64,000 nt of DNA from Phaeosaccion multiseriatum (Eukaryota; Protista; Ochrophyta, other classes). Position numbers and translations under genes: made by a program. The notes under the pieces are model-generated. The model did not search any database. It saw only the letters and a program-made list of their open reading frames with translations, and had not been told where the DNA came from. The stretch lies in the NCBI GenBank assembly GCA_965112735.1, contig OZ218956.1, positions 3,162,001-3,226,000 of the forward strand, in the 5' to 3' direction. Positions 47,496 through 59,855 of this stretch are shown here, in pieces (within the stretch, counting starts at the first letter, position 1; the number at the start of each line of letters is the position of its first letter).

Positions 47496-50281
47496 TCACG
47501 GCCAGGGTGCACAGAGCGTCAAAACGCCGACAAAAGCCCCACACCCAAACACCACACTTGCAAAGCCAAAGTTCTCACAGCAAAACGCCACGCCATCCAG
47601 TAGGAGTCTCTCGAAGGCGGGGGGGGCGGAGCAGCCGCGGAGCTGGGCACATCTGGGGGAGGCTTCTCGCTTACACATTGGGCACAGACTTGACTTGGTC
47701 GTGAGCCACGGGGTGATGCAGCTCTGGGGGGTAGGGTAGGGTAGGGTGGGGAGGAGAGGGGAGGGAAGGGAAGGGAGGGGGAGCGGAGGGGTGGGGAGCG
47801 CATACACCAAGGGAGAGTGAGAGAGAATATAACCGGTTCGCAAGCAAGGAGGAGGGAGGTAGAGAGATGTAGTAATTGAGCGAGGGAGCGAGAGAGAGAC
47901 AGAGAGCTAGGGAGAGAAAACAGGAAGTACGGAGAGGCAGGCGAGGGCCTGACCTCCGTGTCAGTATTGGGACACCCCCTGGCCGAGAGCACAGCCCTCC
48001 AATCCAATGTCAGCCAGGATGATACACCCTTCCCATGCCCAATAACACCCACTCACACCCACTAACACTAACACCCCCTGCTGACCTGGTGGAAGGCGTG
48101 CTTGCAGGGCAGGACCGTGAGGCAGTCGCCATCCTCGTACTCATCGAGGCAGATGGCGCACAGCGTGTGCTCGTCCCACGCCGGTAGAGCAGGGCCGCTG
48201 CTGCTGCTGCTGCTGCTGGTGGTGCTGGTGCTGGTGCTGGTGCTGGTAGTGGTGGTAGTGGTGGTGCTGATACTACTGATGGCGCTGCTACTGGTGCTGG
48301 TGCTGGCGCTGGTGTTGGTGGAGCTTGAAGGTGCCCCTTCAGCATCTCCACCCGAAGCCCCACCCTCATTCTGTTGCTGCTGCTGCTCGTGTGCTTGCGC
48401 TGTATGCTCTGATGTTTGGCGTGTGAGGCCCGCAACAGGCGTCAGAGGGGCCCTCAACTCGGTATCATCGTCGTCGCCATCGTCACCGGCAGCAGCAGTT
48501 GGTGATACAGCAGCACCATCAGCAGCAGCAGCAGGAGGAGAAGAGGCAGCAGCGGATACGCCTATCTCTGGACAAGCGAGACTCCGTGGCCGCAATGAGT
48601 CCACTTTAGCGGCCCCCCTTTCCTCCCCCTCACCCTTCTCTTGCTCCACAACAGGAGCAGCAGCAGCAGCAGCAGCAGTTGGTGATTCAGCAACAGGTCC
48701 CGGGCGTTTAAAGTGCCGAACCTCCAGCGTTCTGAGGGCCCTTGTGCGGTACTCCTTCTGCCAAGTGGTGATGCACAGCGCCAGCACTAGCCCACTCGCT
48801 CCACTGAATACCAGTAGCACCAGACATAGAACAAAGTACAAAGTCATGGTCTCTAGCAGCTCGCTTGCCAGGCTGCCTGCCCCCTCGTGGTCAAGGCCAC
48901 CTGTTTCGTCCAGGGTGACACGCAGCTCTCCAGCCCCTGCCTCCCCTCCTCTTGCGTATGCGCCTGACCAGAGCCAGAGGCCCGTGTCTTTCCCCACAAA
49001 GACGGAGGGAATGGTGACTTGAGCAGCACGAGAACGACCACTCTTTCCCGCCTTTGCCCGTCTCCTCCCATCTCCAGGCTTCGCGCCCTTGGAGCCGCCG
49101 CCGCCGCCGCCGCCGCTGCTGCTGCTGCTGCTGCTGCTGCTGCCTCCACCATCTTCGCTCTCTTCGAGGTCTTCGCTGGAGGACATGGTAACTGCCCAGC
49201 GGTCAGCGGGTGGGTCCTCCACCTCTGTCACCACCACCGCTAATGCGCCTACCCAAACACAAGCAAGGAGCACGGAGGAGGGGAGGGGAGGGGAGGGGAG
49301 GGGAGGGGAGGGGAGGGGAGGGGAGGGGAGGGGTGTTACCACTACAGTAGGGGTGTGCGCCCAAGATACGCAAACAGTTAATCATGCTTCCTTTTAGTAG
49401 ATTGGTGGCTCTGGTTACAGGCCATTCATTCCGCCGCTCCACCCTCTCCTCTTGTTCCTTTCCTCCTCACCCCCCACCCACCTGCTTCCTGGGCGTGTAG
49501 AACCTTTTCAACGAAGTTGCAAGTGCCGCGCTCCACCAATGCGATGGCTCCTTTGAGTTTGCGCTTATTGCGAGCCGCGCGACACCCGTTCCTGGGAAAC
49601 ATCGGTACCAGTCTTCGTTTCTGTAAGGACGGCGGGAAAGGGTGCGGCGAAGTCCCAACACCGCTGCTGCTGCAGCTGTCGCTCCTGCTGGACTCTGTGA
49701 GTCGCTCCGCCAGGAAAGGGAGTCGCCTCCACCAGGGTGGACTAGTAGTAGTAGTAGTAGCAGTAGCATCTGTATCAGCTTGGTGTCCATTCCGCCCCCC
49801 CCCCCAATGACCATCAGCGGCGGCATTGTGTGCCGGGAGGGTTGCTAATAGAGCTGCTACCGCTGAAGACGCCGCTGCATATGAACCCCGGATACTGTCT
49901 CGGGTGTACTCATGGAGCGGAGGGCCAAAAGCTGCTGGCACGTGGGGGAAGACGTGATACAGAGGTTGCTCCTGTGGGATAACAAAAAGGAGCGACACAC
50001 GGGAAATTGTTGCAGCATAGGCTTCCTTGATGAGTGTCATGACTCGACCTGGAAAGCGTTCCTTGCGTGCTTAGCATCATCTACTCATGTGCTTCATCCC
50101 CACAGTGGTCCACAGCCGGATGAATAAGAAAAGAGAGTGCAGGAGGCGAGGGCGCAGGGATGCAGGCAATAGGGATGTGGATCGAACAGAGGAGGCATCT
50201 TACCACTATCAAGGCTCCCACAGGAACGAGCCCCTGCAGTCGCAGGGCTAACGCGAGCACCCACGGCCCGTACTGCTTCAT
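47496..50281 (-). CDS. PA-TM-RING E3 ligase (RMR / RNF13-RNF167-like)
   Basis: Signal peptide, PA domain ([23 protein letters not shown]|GALAVVV, IPSVFVG), TM helix and RING-H2 [21 protein letters not shown]|SCITPWL.....CPMCK. Confidence 0.9.
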
Positions 50282-50626
50282 CGCTCAACACACACGAGGT
50301 GTAGTCGCCCTTTCTTTACGTTCTCATGCCTTCTTCTCACACGCTCTGCTGTCGTTCTCTCACGTATCCATCTCCTACCCAGAGCAGCAAGGAGAGAGAA
50401 AGAATAAGACACGCGTAAAGCACGAAGCTTCGAAGCTTACGATATCCACTTGGCAGCCGGATTGGCAGCCGGATTTTTCAGTTTCAGTTTCTGCTGGGCG
50501 TTGCCCCCCCCTTCCCCCTAAGTCAACGATACGATCGGGCACGCTTACTCCCCGCGTAAAATACCCTCAACGGGTGTGTAATGTATCTTCGCGCCCTGCA
50601 GCTCCTCCGTTGCAGCAGTTCATGGA

Positions 50627-51632
50627 ATGACGAGTTCACTTGGTGGTAGGATGGGTGGCAGTGACGGTGCTTGTCCAGCTGTCACTCCCCTGACGATACT
50701 CTATGGCAGCCAAACAGGCACAGCGGAGGAGGTGGCCGAGTTCATCGCAGACAGGGCGAGCAGGCGGGGCTTTGGAGGGAAGCAGCAGCCCAGTGGCGGC
50801 AGCAGCAATAGTAGCAACAACGGTGGGGTGACCGTGATGCCCTTAGACAGCTGCGATATCGGGGAGCTGCCGGACATGGGGTTGGTGGTGTTCGTGGTGG
50901 CGACGACTGGGGACGGCGAAGAGCCCGACAACATGAAGCGCTTCTGGAGGTTCATGCGGCGCCGAGGATTGCCCAAGGTGGGTGGCGTATTGGATGGGTG
51001 GCTGTAGAGGAGATCATAGCACGAGTAAGGTGCTTTTTTGCTCTCTCTCTCTTCTCTCTCTCCTGCTTTCTCTATCTGTGTGTGTGTGTTTTCATTATCC
51101 TTGCAAGCCCCCCTCCCTTCTTTCACAGGCTTCATAGGACCCAGATTTGCTTGCTCTGTCCCCCCAGTCCCTCTCTCTCCCCCTCTTATCTCTTCCTCGC
51201 TCCCCCGCTCCCATCCGTCCAGGATGCCCTCGGAGAGCTCCGCTTCAGCTTGTTTGGCCTCGGAGACAGCAGCTACGCCAAGTACAACGCCGCGGCTAGG
51301 AAGCTCCATGTGCGCTTGACCCAGGTGCGTGCGCAAGTCCCGAATCACTTTCAGTTCCCGTTGGATTGTCCCCCCCCCTCCCCCTACTCCCACTCCCTGA
51401 CGTCATCCCCAGTACGTCGGCACCCACACAATATAGAGGCTGAATATCGAGGCTAGTGTTGCGTCAATATAGAGGCTGAATGTCGAGGCTAGTGTTGGGC
51501 CAACATCATCCCCAGATAGGACAAAATCGGGCAGCTTCGGTCGGAAACCACGAAGCACTGAGCTGACGCGTCCCTTTTAACTCTTCGCCTCCATCCCCGT
51601 CTCGCCTCCTCCTTCCGCCGTGTGTGCGTGCA

Positions 51633-51670
<38 letters not shown>

Positions 51671-52110
51671 ACTGTGTGTGCACTGTGTGTGTGCGTGTCT
51701 CAGCTGGGAGCCGTGGAGGTTTCCCCCCGGGGCTTCGGAGATGATCAGTCTCCTATGGGCCTGTGGGGTGACCTGGACAGCTGGGTATCTGGTCTGTGGA
51801 CCTCGTTGCTTCAGCTTCACCCTCTCCCTCCCGGCTTTGTCGTCGATGACGCCCCTCGCCTCAAGCCTGCGCTGTTCAGAGTGGAGACTGTAGGAGGAAT
51901 ACGCACTACAACAGCAGCAGAAGGAGCTTCACCAGTGACGAAGGGTATGAACAGCAGCAGTGATAGGGAGGGTGATGTACCTGGAGCGGCGGTGCCTGTT
52001 AAGAAGGTACAGGACGATAACGACAACCACGAGAGAGCACGGGAATTGGAAGAGTCCATGGGGAGGTTTTATTCGCAGTTCAGACCCATCGACGCCATCG
52101 GGACAGGACC

Positions 52111-52147
<37 letters not shown>

Positions 52148-53153
52148 CAGTTGGTGATACAGCAGCGCACGTGGGATCTTCCCCTGCAGGGCGTAGTGCA
52201 TGTGAACAGACGCCTCACGCGACAAGACCACACGCAGGACGTCCGCCATATAGAGCTCAACGTGTCCTCGCCCACCGCCGAGGAGGGTCAGGATCAAGGT
52301 CAGGGTCAGGGTCAGCGTCAGGGGCAGCGGCAGGGGCAGGGGCAGGGGCAGGCCCGTCCATCAAGGATCGGTCCCGATCGATGGGAGAGAGCGCAGCAGG
52401 CTGGAGACGTGGCGGTGGTGCACCCTTGCAACAGCGAGGAGAAAGTAAAGGAGTTCGCTGACTTACTCGGCCTCAACCTGGGGGATGTTGTCAACATAGT
52501 CAACGTGGTTGGGGTCGAGCAGCATCACCACCACCAGCAGCAGCAGCAGCAGCAGCAGCAGTTGGTGACTCAGCAGCAGGAGGAGGCGTGCAGTGGAGGA
52601 GGAGGAGGAAAGGCGAACGTGGGCACCGGACTGTGCTCCATGAGGGACCTGCTAGGTGGGTGGGTGCGTTGGTGGTACGGCGGTTGGTGGTACAGCATGC
52701 AAGCGGTGGTTCTTCTGTCTATCTGCCTTCCTGCCTGCTTCCCCCTTTCCCTTCTGTCTGCCTTTAATCTCTTCACCCCCTTTGCTCTCTTCACCTCCTT
52801 TGCCCTCTTCACCTCCTTTGCCCTCTTCACCTCCTTTACTCCTCCTGAAAGCCCCGTATTGTCGTCTTTGCTGGTGCTGTGAACAAGGGAAGGCGTCCCT
52901 CCCCTCCCCAGCTCATCATTTTAATTCAATCAGCCCCCTCACCCCCCCCCCCCCCCCTTAAACTCCAAACTCAACCCAAAACAAATAGGAAAGCGCCTGG
53001 ATATTCTGGGCACTCCCCGACGGAGCTTCTTTGAGCAATTGAGTCTCTTCGCCACCGACGAGGACGAGAAAGAAAAGCTTCTCGAACTGGCCTCCCCCGG
53101 GGGAGCGGACCTGCTCTACGAGTACTGCCACAGGGAGAAGCGCACCTATCTGG

Positions 53154-53221
<68 letters not shown>

Positions 53222-55139
53222 ATGCGTCTACAAGCAGTTCGCGTGTCTATCACCCTCTCTTTCTCACCCCTTCCCCCCTCATCCCACTGACCCCCTGCCA
53301 CGTTAAACAGGTTTTCACTGACTTCCGGAGCTGCTGCCCGCCCCTGGAGCGGCTACTGGAGCTCATACCCCCCCTCCGCCCGCGGTCTTTCTCCATCGCG
53401 TCGTCTCCTCTGGCGCATCCCAACAAGGCAAGTAGGCTCTTCTTCTGCTTCGAATGCCAGGCTCCATGCGTTGTCCGAACGAGGAAGGCCCTTCCTTTTG
53501 CTAGTGCCGTACATATTAAAACACACACATATACATACACACATACGCACGCACGCATACACACGCACACACCCACCTACACACACGCACGCGCGCTTGT
53601 GGACACACCAGTTGTTGAGCGCCTTCCCATGGACGCATGAGACTTATGATTCTCGAGTGTATCTATCCATTCTCCTTACCCCGAGACATATGATTCTCGA
53701 GTGTCCCCATTTTCCTTTTACCCCCTCCTCACGCCCCTCACCCCTCTGTCCTGACACCCCTCACCCCCTGTCCTGACACCCCTCCTTCTCCTCCTTCTCC
53801 TCCTCCTCCTCCTCCTCCTCCTCCTCCCCTCAGTTGCACCTATGCGTGGCCGTTGTCTCCTTCACCACCCCGTGGAAGCGGCAGCGCGACGGAGTGTGTT
53901 CCTCTTGGCTGGCCAGTGTCCCCCCGGGGGAGTCGATGGCACTCTGGGTCCGCCCCGGCACCCTCCCCTTGCCAGGGTTGGACGTGCCAATCGTAATGGT
54001 GGGGCCGGGAACAGGGGTGGCTCCGATGCGCTCCATCATACAGGAGAGGAGGGAGCAGAGGAGGCAGCAGCAGCAGCAGCAGTTGGTGATACAGCAGCTG
54101 GAAGGGGGGGGTGATAGCGGTGGAGAAGTAGTGGATCACTTGTACTTCGGGTGTCGCTACCGAGAGAAGGTGCGTCATGGGCTTGCCGTCTCTCTTCTCT
54201 CCCTCTCCCTCCGCCCCTCTCTGCGCGCGCGCTCGCTCTCTCCCTCAATTTCTCTCATTCTCTCTCTCTCCCTTTCCGTCTCTCTCTCTCCCTCTCTCTC
54301 TCTTTCTCTCCCTCTCTCTCTCTCTCTCTCTCTCACTCCCTCTCTCTCTCTCCCTCTCTCTCTCCCTCTCCCTCTCCCTCTCTCCCTCTCTCTCTTTCCG
54401 TCTCTCTCTCTCCCTCTCACCCTACCAGGACTTCCTCTACCGCGATGAGTGGGAAGAAGGCTGCCAACAGCAGCAGCTGCAGCAGCAGTTGGTGATACAG
54501 CAGCAACACCTTTGTGTTCACACCGCTTTTTCGCGTGATCAGCTCTCAAAGGTGTACGTGCAACAGCGCATTCGAGAGCAGGGCAAGGAGCTGTGTGACC
54601 TCGTCGTCAACAGGGGAGCGAGTGTGCTGGTGTCAGGATCCGCAAAGCAGATGCCTACGGACGTTTTCGAGGCCTTTCGAGACGTACTGGTGAGTGAGTG
54701 AGTGAAGAAGGAGGAGAAGCACGCACGCACCTGACAACAAGCGTCGTGTGTGTTGTGTGTTGCATTCATTGTTGCTCATGCCCCAACCACCAACCCCCTC
54801 AACACGCCTCCGTCTCCCGCCCTCCCTCCATCCCTTCCCCTCTCTCTCCCACCCTCCCTCCATCCCTTCCCCTCTCTCTCCCTCCCTCCCTCCCTCCCTC
54901 CATCCATCCATCCCTCCCTCCGTCCCTCCCTCCCTCCCTCCATCCCTTCCCCTCTCTCTCCGTCCCTCCCTCCCTCCCTCCCTCCCTCCCTCCCTCCCTG
55001 CATCCATCTATCCATCCATCCGTCCATCCCCCCGCCCCTCCCGCAGGTGAAGCACGGCGGCTTGACAGTGGCGGAGAGTGGGGCCTTCCTAAAGCATATG
55101 GAGGCCCACAAGAGGTACTGCGTTGAAGCCTGGTCCTGA
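50627..55139 (+). CDS. NDOR1: NADPH-dependent diflavin oxidoreductase 1 (Tah18/ATR3)
   Basis: ILYGSQTGTAEEVA, ATTGDGEEPDNMKRFW.F, FGLGDSSYAKYN, GDDQ, QDVRHIE, PRSFSIASS, GVCSSWL, MVGPGTGVAPMRS, YFGCR, AFSRDQ..KVYVQ, SGSAKQMP.DV and terminal EAWS. Confidence 0.95.
51429..51497. repeat. 36-nt tandem duplication in an NDOR1 intron
   Basis: CAATATAGAGGCTGAAT(A/G)TCGAGGCTAGTGTTG occurs twice. Confidence 0.85.
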
Positions 55140-56871
55140 GACAGCTCCTGACACCAAGTGTACAAGTATACTACCGCCAGCGGGGGGCTGGTGGCTACAT
55201 CGCCAAGTGCTGGGGGTACTGCTGCTGCTGTTGAGCGGAGGAGGAAGGATCGCCTTATTCTTCCTGAGGGCTTGAGGGTAAGACGGTGACTGAGGGAAGC
55301 TTCTTGTACAGCGGTTACAGAACAAGCAGCGTTGGGTTTCTGAGGTTCTGAGGTCAGTCCTGAGGTGGTCCTGAGCCCTGCCTTTCTTTCTTCTTCTTCC
55401 GTCATGAGCCGTGCACGAAGGCAGGGCAGGTGGGTCCGTCCCATATTCATCCCACCAGGGATGACTTGTCTCGCCTCTCTTGGGACGTGGTGTGTGAAGT
55501 GTGTGGGGTGCGTGCTTCAGCGAGAGCCCCCGAGAGCGAGCCAAGTCAGTCAGTGTGCTACCACTACCCTTGGCGGATGGCGGGCTCGAACAAGAGGGCA
55601 GCAGGGGTACTGGCAGTGGCACTGGTAGGGACGTTCGTCGCCTTCCTCCTCTTCCTTCTCGCTGCTGCTGCTGCTGCTGCAGCTGCTGCTGTTTGTAGTG
55701 GGGGGGATGGGCAGACCGGCGGTAGAGGGAAGCACGGAGGGCACGACTGTGGGAAGCAAGAAGAGGACGACGAAGAAGGAGAAGAAGCAGCGCAGGTGCC
55801 GGGCTCGGCTGAGCAACGACGAGACCTTGCGTGGAGGGGTGCAGGTGCCTGCTGCTCATGCTGTTGCCGCTGCCACTGCTGCTCGGTGTCCCTGCTGCCG
55901 TTGCTACTACTCCCGCTATTAGCGGTGTGCAAAGGTGCAACCACACACGCCATGAGCACAGCGATGGGGCACAAGTCTAACGCGTCCCTTGGAGAGTCAC
56001 AGAACCCCGCGGAGCACTTTTGGACTCTGCCGCTACTGCCGTATCACCAACTGCCCCCCCCCCCCCCCCTAGGCGTGTGAGACTGAGCCCCGCCACAAGG
56101 CTGGTCGCAGCATCGCCCATGGCACCTGCAGCCTCCCATCGCTGCCTTGAGCTGGCGACGGCGACCACGAAGGGGCAGCAGTTGGTGGTATGGTGAGAGT
56201 GTGTGTGGGGGCGTTGTGCTTTGTTTCGGCTGGCGACAAGGAGCGATGGCGCGGGCAGGCCATGCCAGTGCATGAGGGTTAAGGAAGGGAAACAAGAGGG
56301 GAGAAATCACTCACTGTCGAGAAGCCGACCTTCGAAAGCAGAGCCATCAATGTCATCGAGACGCCGCGGCATGTCTTACGGTCAAGCGCCTTGAGGTCAA
56401 GCGCCGCCTTGAGTCCGTGTTCTTCGACGGAGAAGGGTTCGCCAAAAAAGTACGCCAATAAAAGTTGAAGTTGTGCTTGCGAGCCCTTGCCTTAGGCGAT
56501 TGTAGTGTCTACGATGGCTAGGGAGAGAAAAATACACGTGATGAAGCGAAGACTCTATTTATTTTTATTACACGCCGTCCTCTGTTTGCCCTGCAGGAGC
56601 TGGAGCAGGGGAAGGGGAAGGAAGGAAGGTCCCTCCTTCTACCTCGCCCACCCACACTTACACCCACCCCGCGCCATTCCATCCATGTGCACACGTGTAC
56701 GTCCTTTTGCTCTCCTACTACCGACTCATGGCTCGTCTTGGGGGGAGAGGAAGCACAGCACCACCACGGCGGGTCGCCTCCTCTCCTCCTCTCCTCCCTG
56801 CCTCATGTGGTGCGGTAAAGCAACCCTATACCTGGAAGGGACTCGAACTTGAACAACTCAGCTCACTCCAC

Positions 56872-58774
56872 TCAAGCCACCGTCACCTCCTCCTCCTCGT
56901 CATCCTCCTCATCCATCACAACAACCTGGTTGGTGGTGGGTGACAGGAGCTGGCAGGTGCCTCCCTGAGCCTCAATGGCTGCTGCCGCTGTCTTGGTGAA
57001 GGCGTGTGCCTGCACCGTCAGGCCCGAAACCGTCAGCTCCCCATTGCAAACCACCTTGTGCCACTTGTGCTTGGTCTTGGTGGTGGCCCCCACAGACTTT
57101 AGCTCGTCAAAGTTCACTACGGACCCCTCCTTCATCGAGTTGAGACACTCAATAGTAATGAGGTTGAAATGCTTCCTCTTGTGACCAGGTCCCATGGGGC
57201 GTCCCACAAACTTGGGCAGGCGGCGGTACAAAGGCGTCTGTCCTCCCTCAAAGCCCAGTCGCACACTTCGTCCTGATCGCGATTTTTGTCCTCGCATTCC
57301 GAAACCGCACGACGCTCCCTGCCCCTGCGCGATACCGCGTCCCTTTCTCTTCTTGCGGTGGCGGGACCCCGGAGCAGGCTTGAGGGTGTGTGCCGAGATC
57401 TCTTCAATGACTGTGATGATGATATGAGTGAAGTTGCGTTGTGTTGGTCGAACGAAAGAATGGAAGGCAGAGGGAAGAGAAGGGGGGGGGCTTGGGTTTG
57501 AGGGAGGTTCCTGCAGTCTAGCGGGACTTCCTACATCCTACGGTTGCATCTGTCGAGGAGAGCGACAGAGAGAGATGGGTACAGAGGGAGGGATGTACGT
57601 AATACTACGTAATACTCACTTGCTCCGTCCTTGGACTCGCGCCTCTTCCAGTCGAAGATCTTCATGCTCATGCTGCGGCATGTGTGCGCAGATCGGGGGG
57701 CGGCACGGGCCTGGGGGGCGTGCTGCACCGTCATACCTGTGAAGCCACTGGGGGCCATGAATGCACCTTAAGGAGGAGGCGGAGGAGAAGGAGGAAGCAG
57801 AGCAAAGGAGAGGAAGGAAGGGGGGGGGACGAAAGGAGAGTGGGTGAGTGAGTGGGCGATGGTGTCTCACCAATAGGCTGTGGACGCCAGAATGCTCTTT
57901 GCTCCTTCTCGAGAGTCTGACTGCCCCACACTTTCAAAACCCCCAAAGGTGCTGCTCTCCCCCTCACAAAAGGCACCACGACGGGCCCCGTCGTGAAGAA
58001 GGAAGAGACTATCACTATCATCGTCGTCCTTCCCACCGCATTCTCTCGCTGCTACTTGCACAACAAAGGGTTCGTATCCCAAAAGGCGTGTCTATAAGAA
58101 ACCCCCTCCATGAGTCCCATTCTCCTGCCTCACCCCCTCGCAGTGCCGCTGCTTGACTGACTGTGGAGGCGTCCCCCAACGGGCATACACCAGATGGCGC
58201 TTTGGTCCTTTCTTCTTCACTCGCGTATGCAATAATCAAGTTCCAGGTGCAATCCTCCTTTCCAAGCCCCCCCCTCTCTCCTTTAATCAAGTTCCAGGTG
58301 CAATCCTCCGTTCCAAGCCCCCCCCCCCTCTTTCTCTCGGGGGGGGGCTTAGGAAGGCAGGAGGGGTGTGCTGCCTATACTATTGCTACAGAGGGTCTCA
58401 AGCCCTCCGACGCAAGGCCTCATTCCGTAGAGTCCCCTTGCTCTCTTGCCCATGATGCTGCTAACTGCTGCTGCTGCTGCTTGAGCAAGTGCTCCTCCTC
58501 AATGCGTCATGGGCAGGAAACTCCTCCCTCTGCTCCTTCAACCCCGCCCCGCCCCCGATCCCCCGAAGAATGAGCTCCCAGTCCTCGTCCCACAAGTGAG
58601 GACGGCCAAGCGTAAGCCACGCGCGGCCACATACGTCTCCCCACAGCAAGCAGTTCCATCTTCAAAGCCAACGTGAGATGGGGAACCTCAGCCCCCCATT
58701 TCCCTCCCGGCATACTTACTTGCTGCGCCCACAATGGCGAGCAGCACCAGCGCTGGGGCCTGCGTCATCATCAT
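56872..58774 (-). CDS. rpl15: Nuclear-encoded plastid 50S ribosomal protein L15
   Basis: Exons 58774-58720, 57766-57620 and 57410-56872. Splicing gives the signal peptide ...AIVGAASAFMAP (ASAFAP motif). Core KPAPGS...GRGIAQGQGASCGFGMRGQKSRSG...GFEGGQTPLYRRLPK. Confidence 0.95.
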
Positions 58775-59855
58775 CCTTCCGTCTAGCTCAACTCCTGAAG
58801 AGCTTCTCTCTCCTCACTGCTTAGTCCCTTTTTATCCCTTTTTATCTCTTCCCCAAGCCTCACGCACATGAATGGCCCCTCGGGTATCGTATCGAAATCA
58901 GAAATCGACATCGAGAAATACATCGCCTTCGCCTCACACCCTCACACCCTCACACCCTCACACCCTCACACTCCACCCCCCTACTCCGTATCACCCTCTA
59001 TTTTGCCATACATCACACACACACTCTTTCCACAGTTAGCACGCCAATACCGAGCCCATCAACTCTAATATGCATTTCACACTCACACACTCACACACAG
59101 CATCGAACAGCACACAGCTAGCACACAGCCGGGGCAGAGTGCGACGGTGAGGACCCACAGGACACAGGGAAGCCGACGGGACAGGGGAGCGACGCATAGG
59201 GTGCCTCGGCTGCTGTACGGTGGAATACTTCCCCCATTCACTCGTGCGAATGGAAGCTTGCTAAAAGGAGCAAGGAAGGCCCGCCATAAAAGTGGAGAAA
59301 GTGGGCAGAGTCAACAGTCCATGAGTCCACATACGGTACGGACCTGCAGAGCAGAGGGGAGAGGGGGAGTGTCTGAAAAGATGCTGAGATCGTCACCTAT
59401 AATTGAATATTGCAATGCTGCTATGATATAAATGTTGCAATGATGTCGATACACATGTGCTGCTGTCCCAGGGGCACTTCTAATGTTGCCCCCCTCCCTG
59501 CGTTTGTGTGTCCCCCCCCCCCCCCCCGCGCGTATTTGTTTACCCCCTCTTGCAGCGGTGCTGCTACTGTTTCCTCCCCCCTCCTACACTACAACGAGCG
59601 AGAAGCCGTCGTGTCTCTGACAATCTATGTTGTACCTCCTCCAGCCTCTACTCTCCCCCCTGCCCTTTACCCCTGCCCCCCCCCCCCGTTTGATCTTCCT
59701 TCTCTCTTACACCCCCCCCCCCCACCCACGCCCCAAAATCAGCCACGGTGCCGCGCTGTGCTCATGCTCCTCACTCTCTCCTGCTCCTCCTCCTCCTCCT
59801 GCCCCTCCTCCTCCTCCTCCTCCTCCTCCTCCTCCTCCTCCTCCTCCCTGCCTCA

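Larger units (their letters stand above)
4775..56053. repeat. Dispersed 15-nt motif CAGTTGGTGATACAG, usually embedded in CAG tracts (span covers first to last copy)
   Basis: Exact copies at 4775(-), 9986, 10863, 39771(-), 48496, 52148, 54080 and 54486. Variants at 12140, 16852, 45167, 48676, 52559 and 56039(-). Confidence 0.92.

Noticed and set aside
55140-56310. Overlapping ORFs between NDOR1 and rpl15 (55089-55946 -, 55430-56080 +, 55977-56273 -)
   Set aside because: No recognisable domain and no consistent spliced model. Changing the C16 run does not open a frame. A small gene remains possible but is unsupported.
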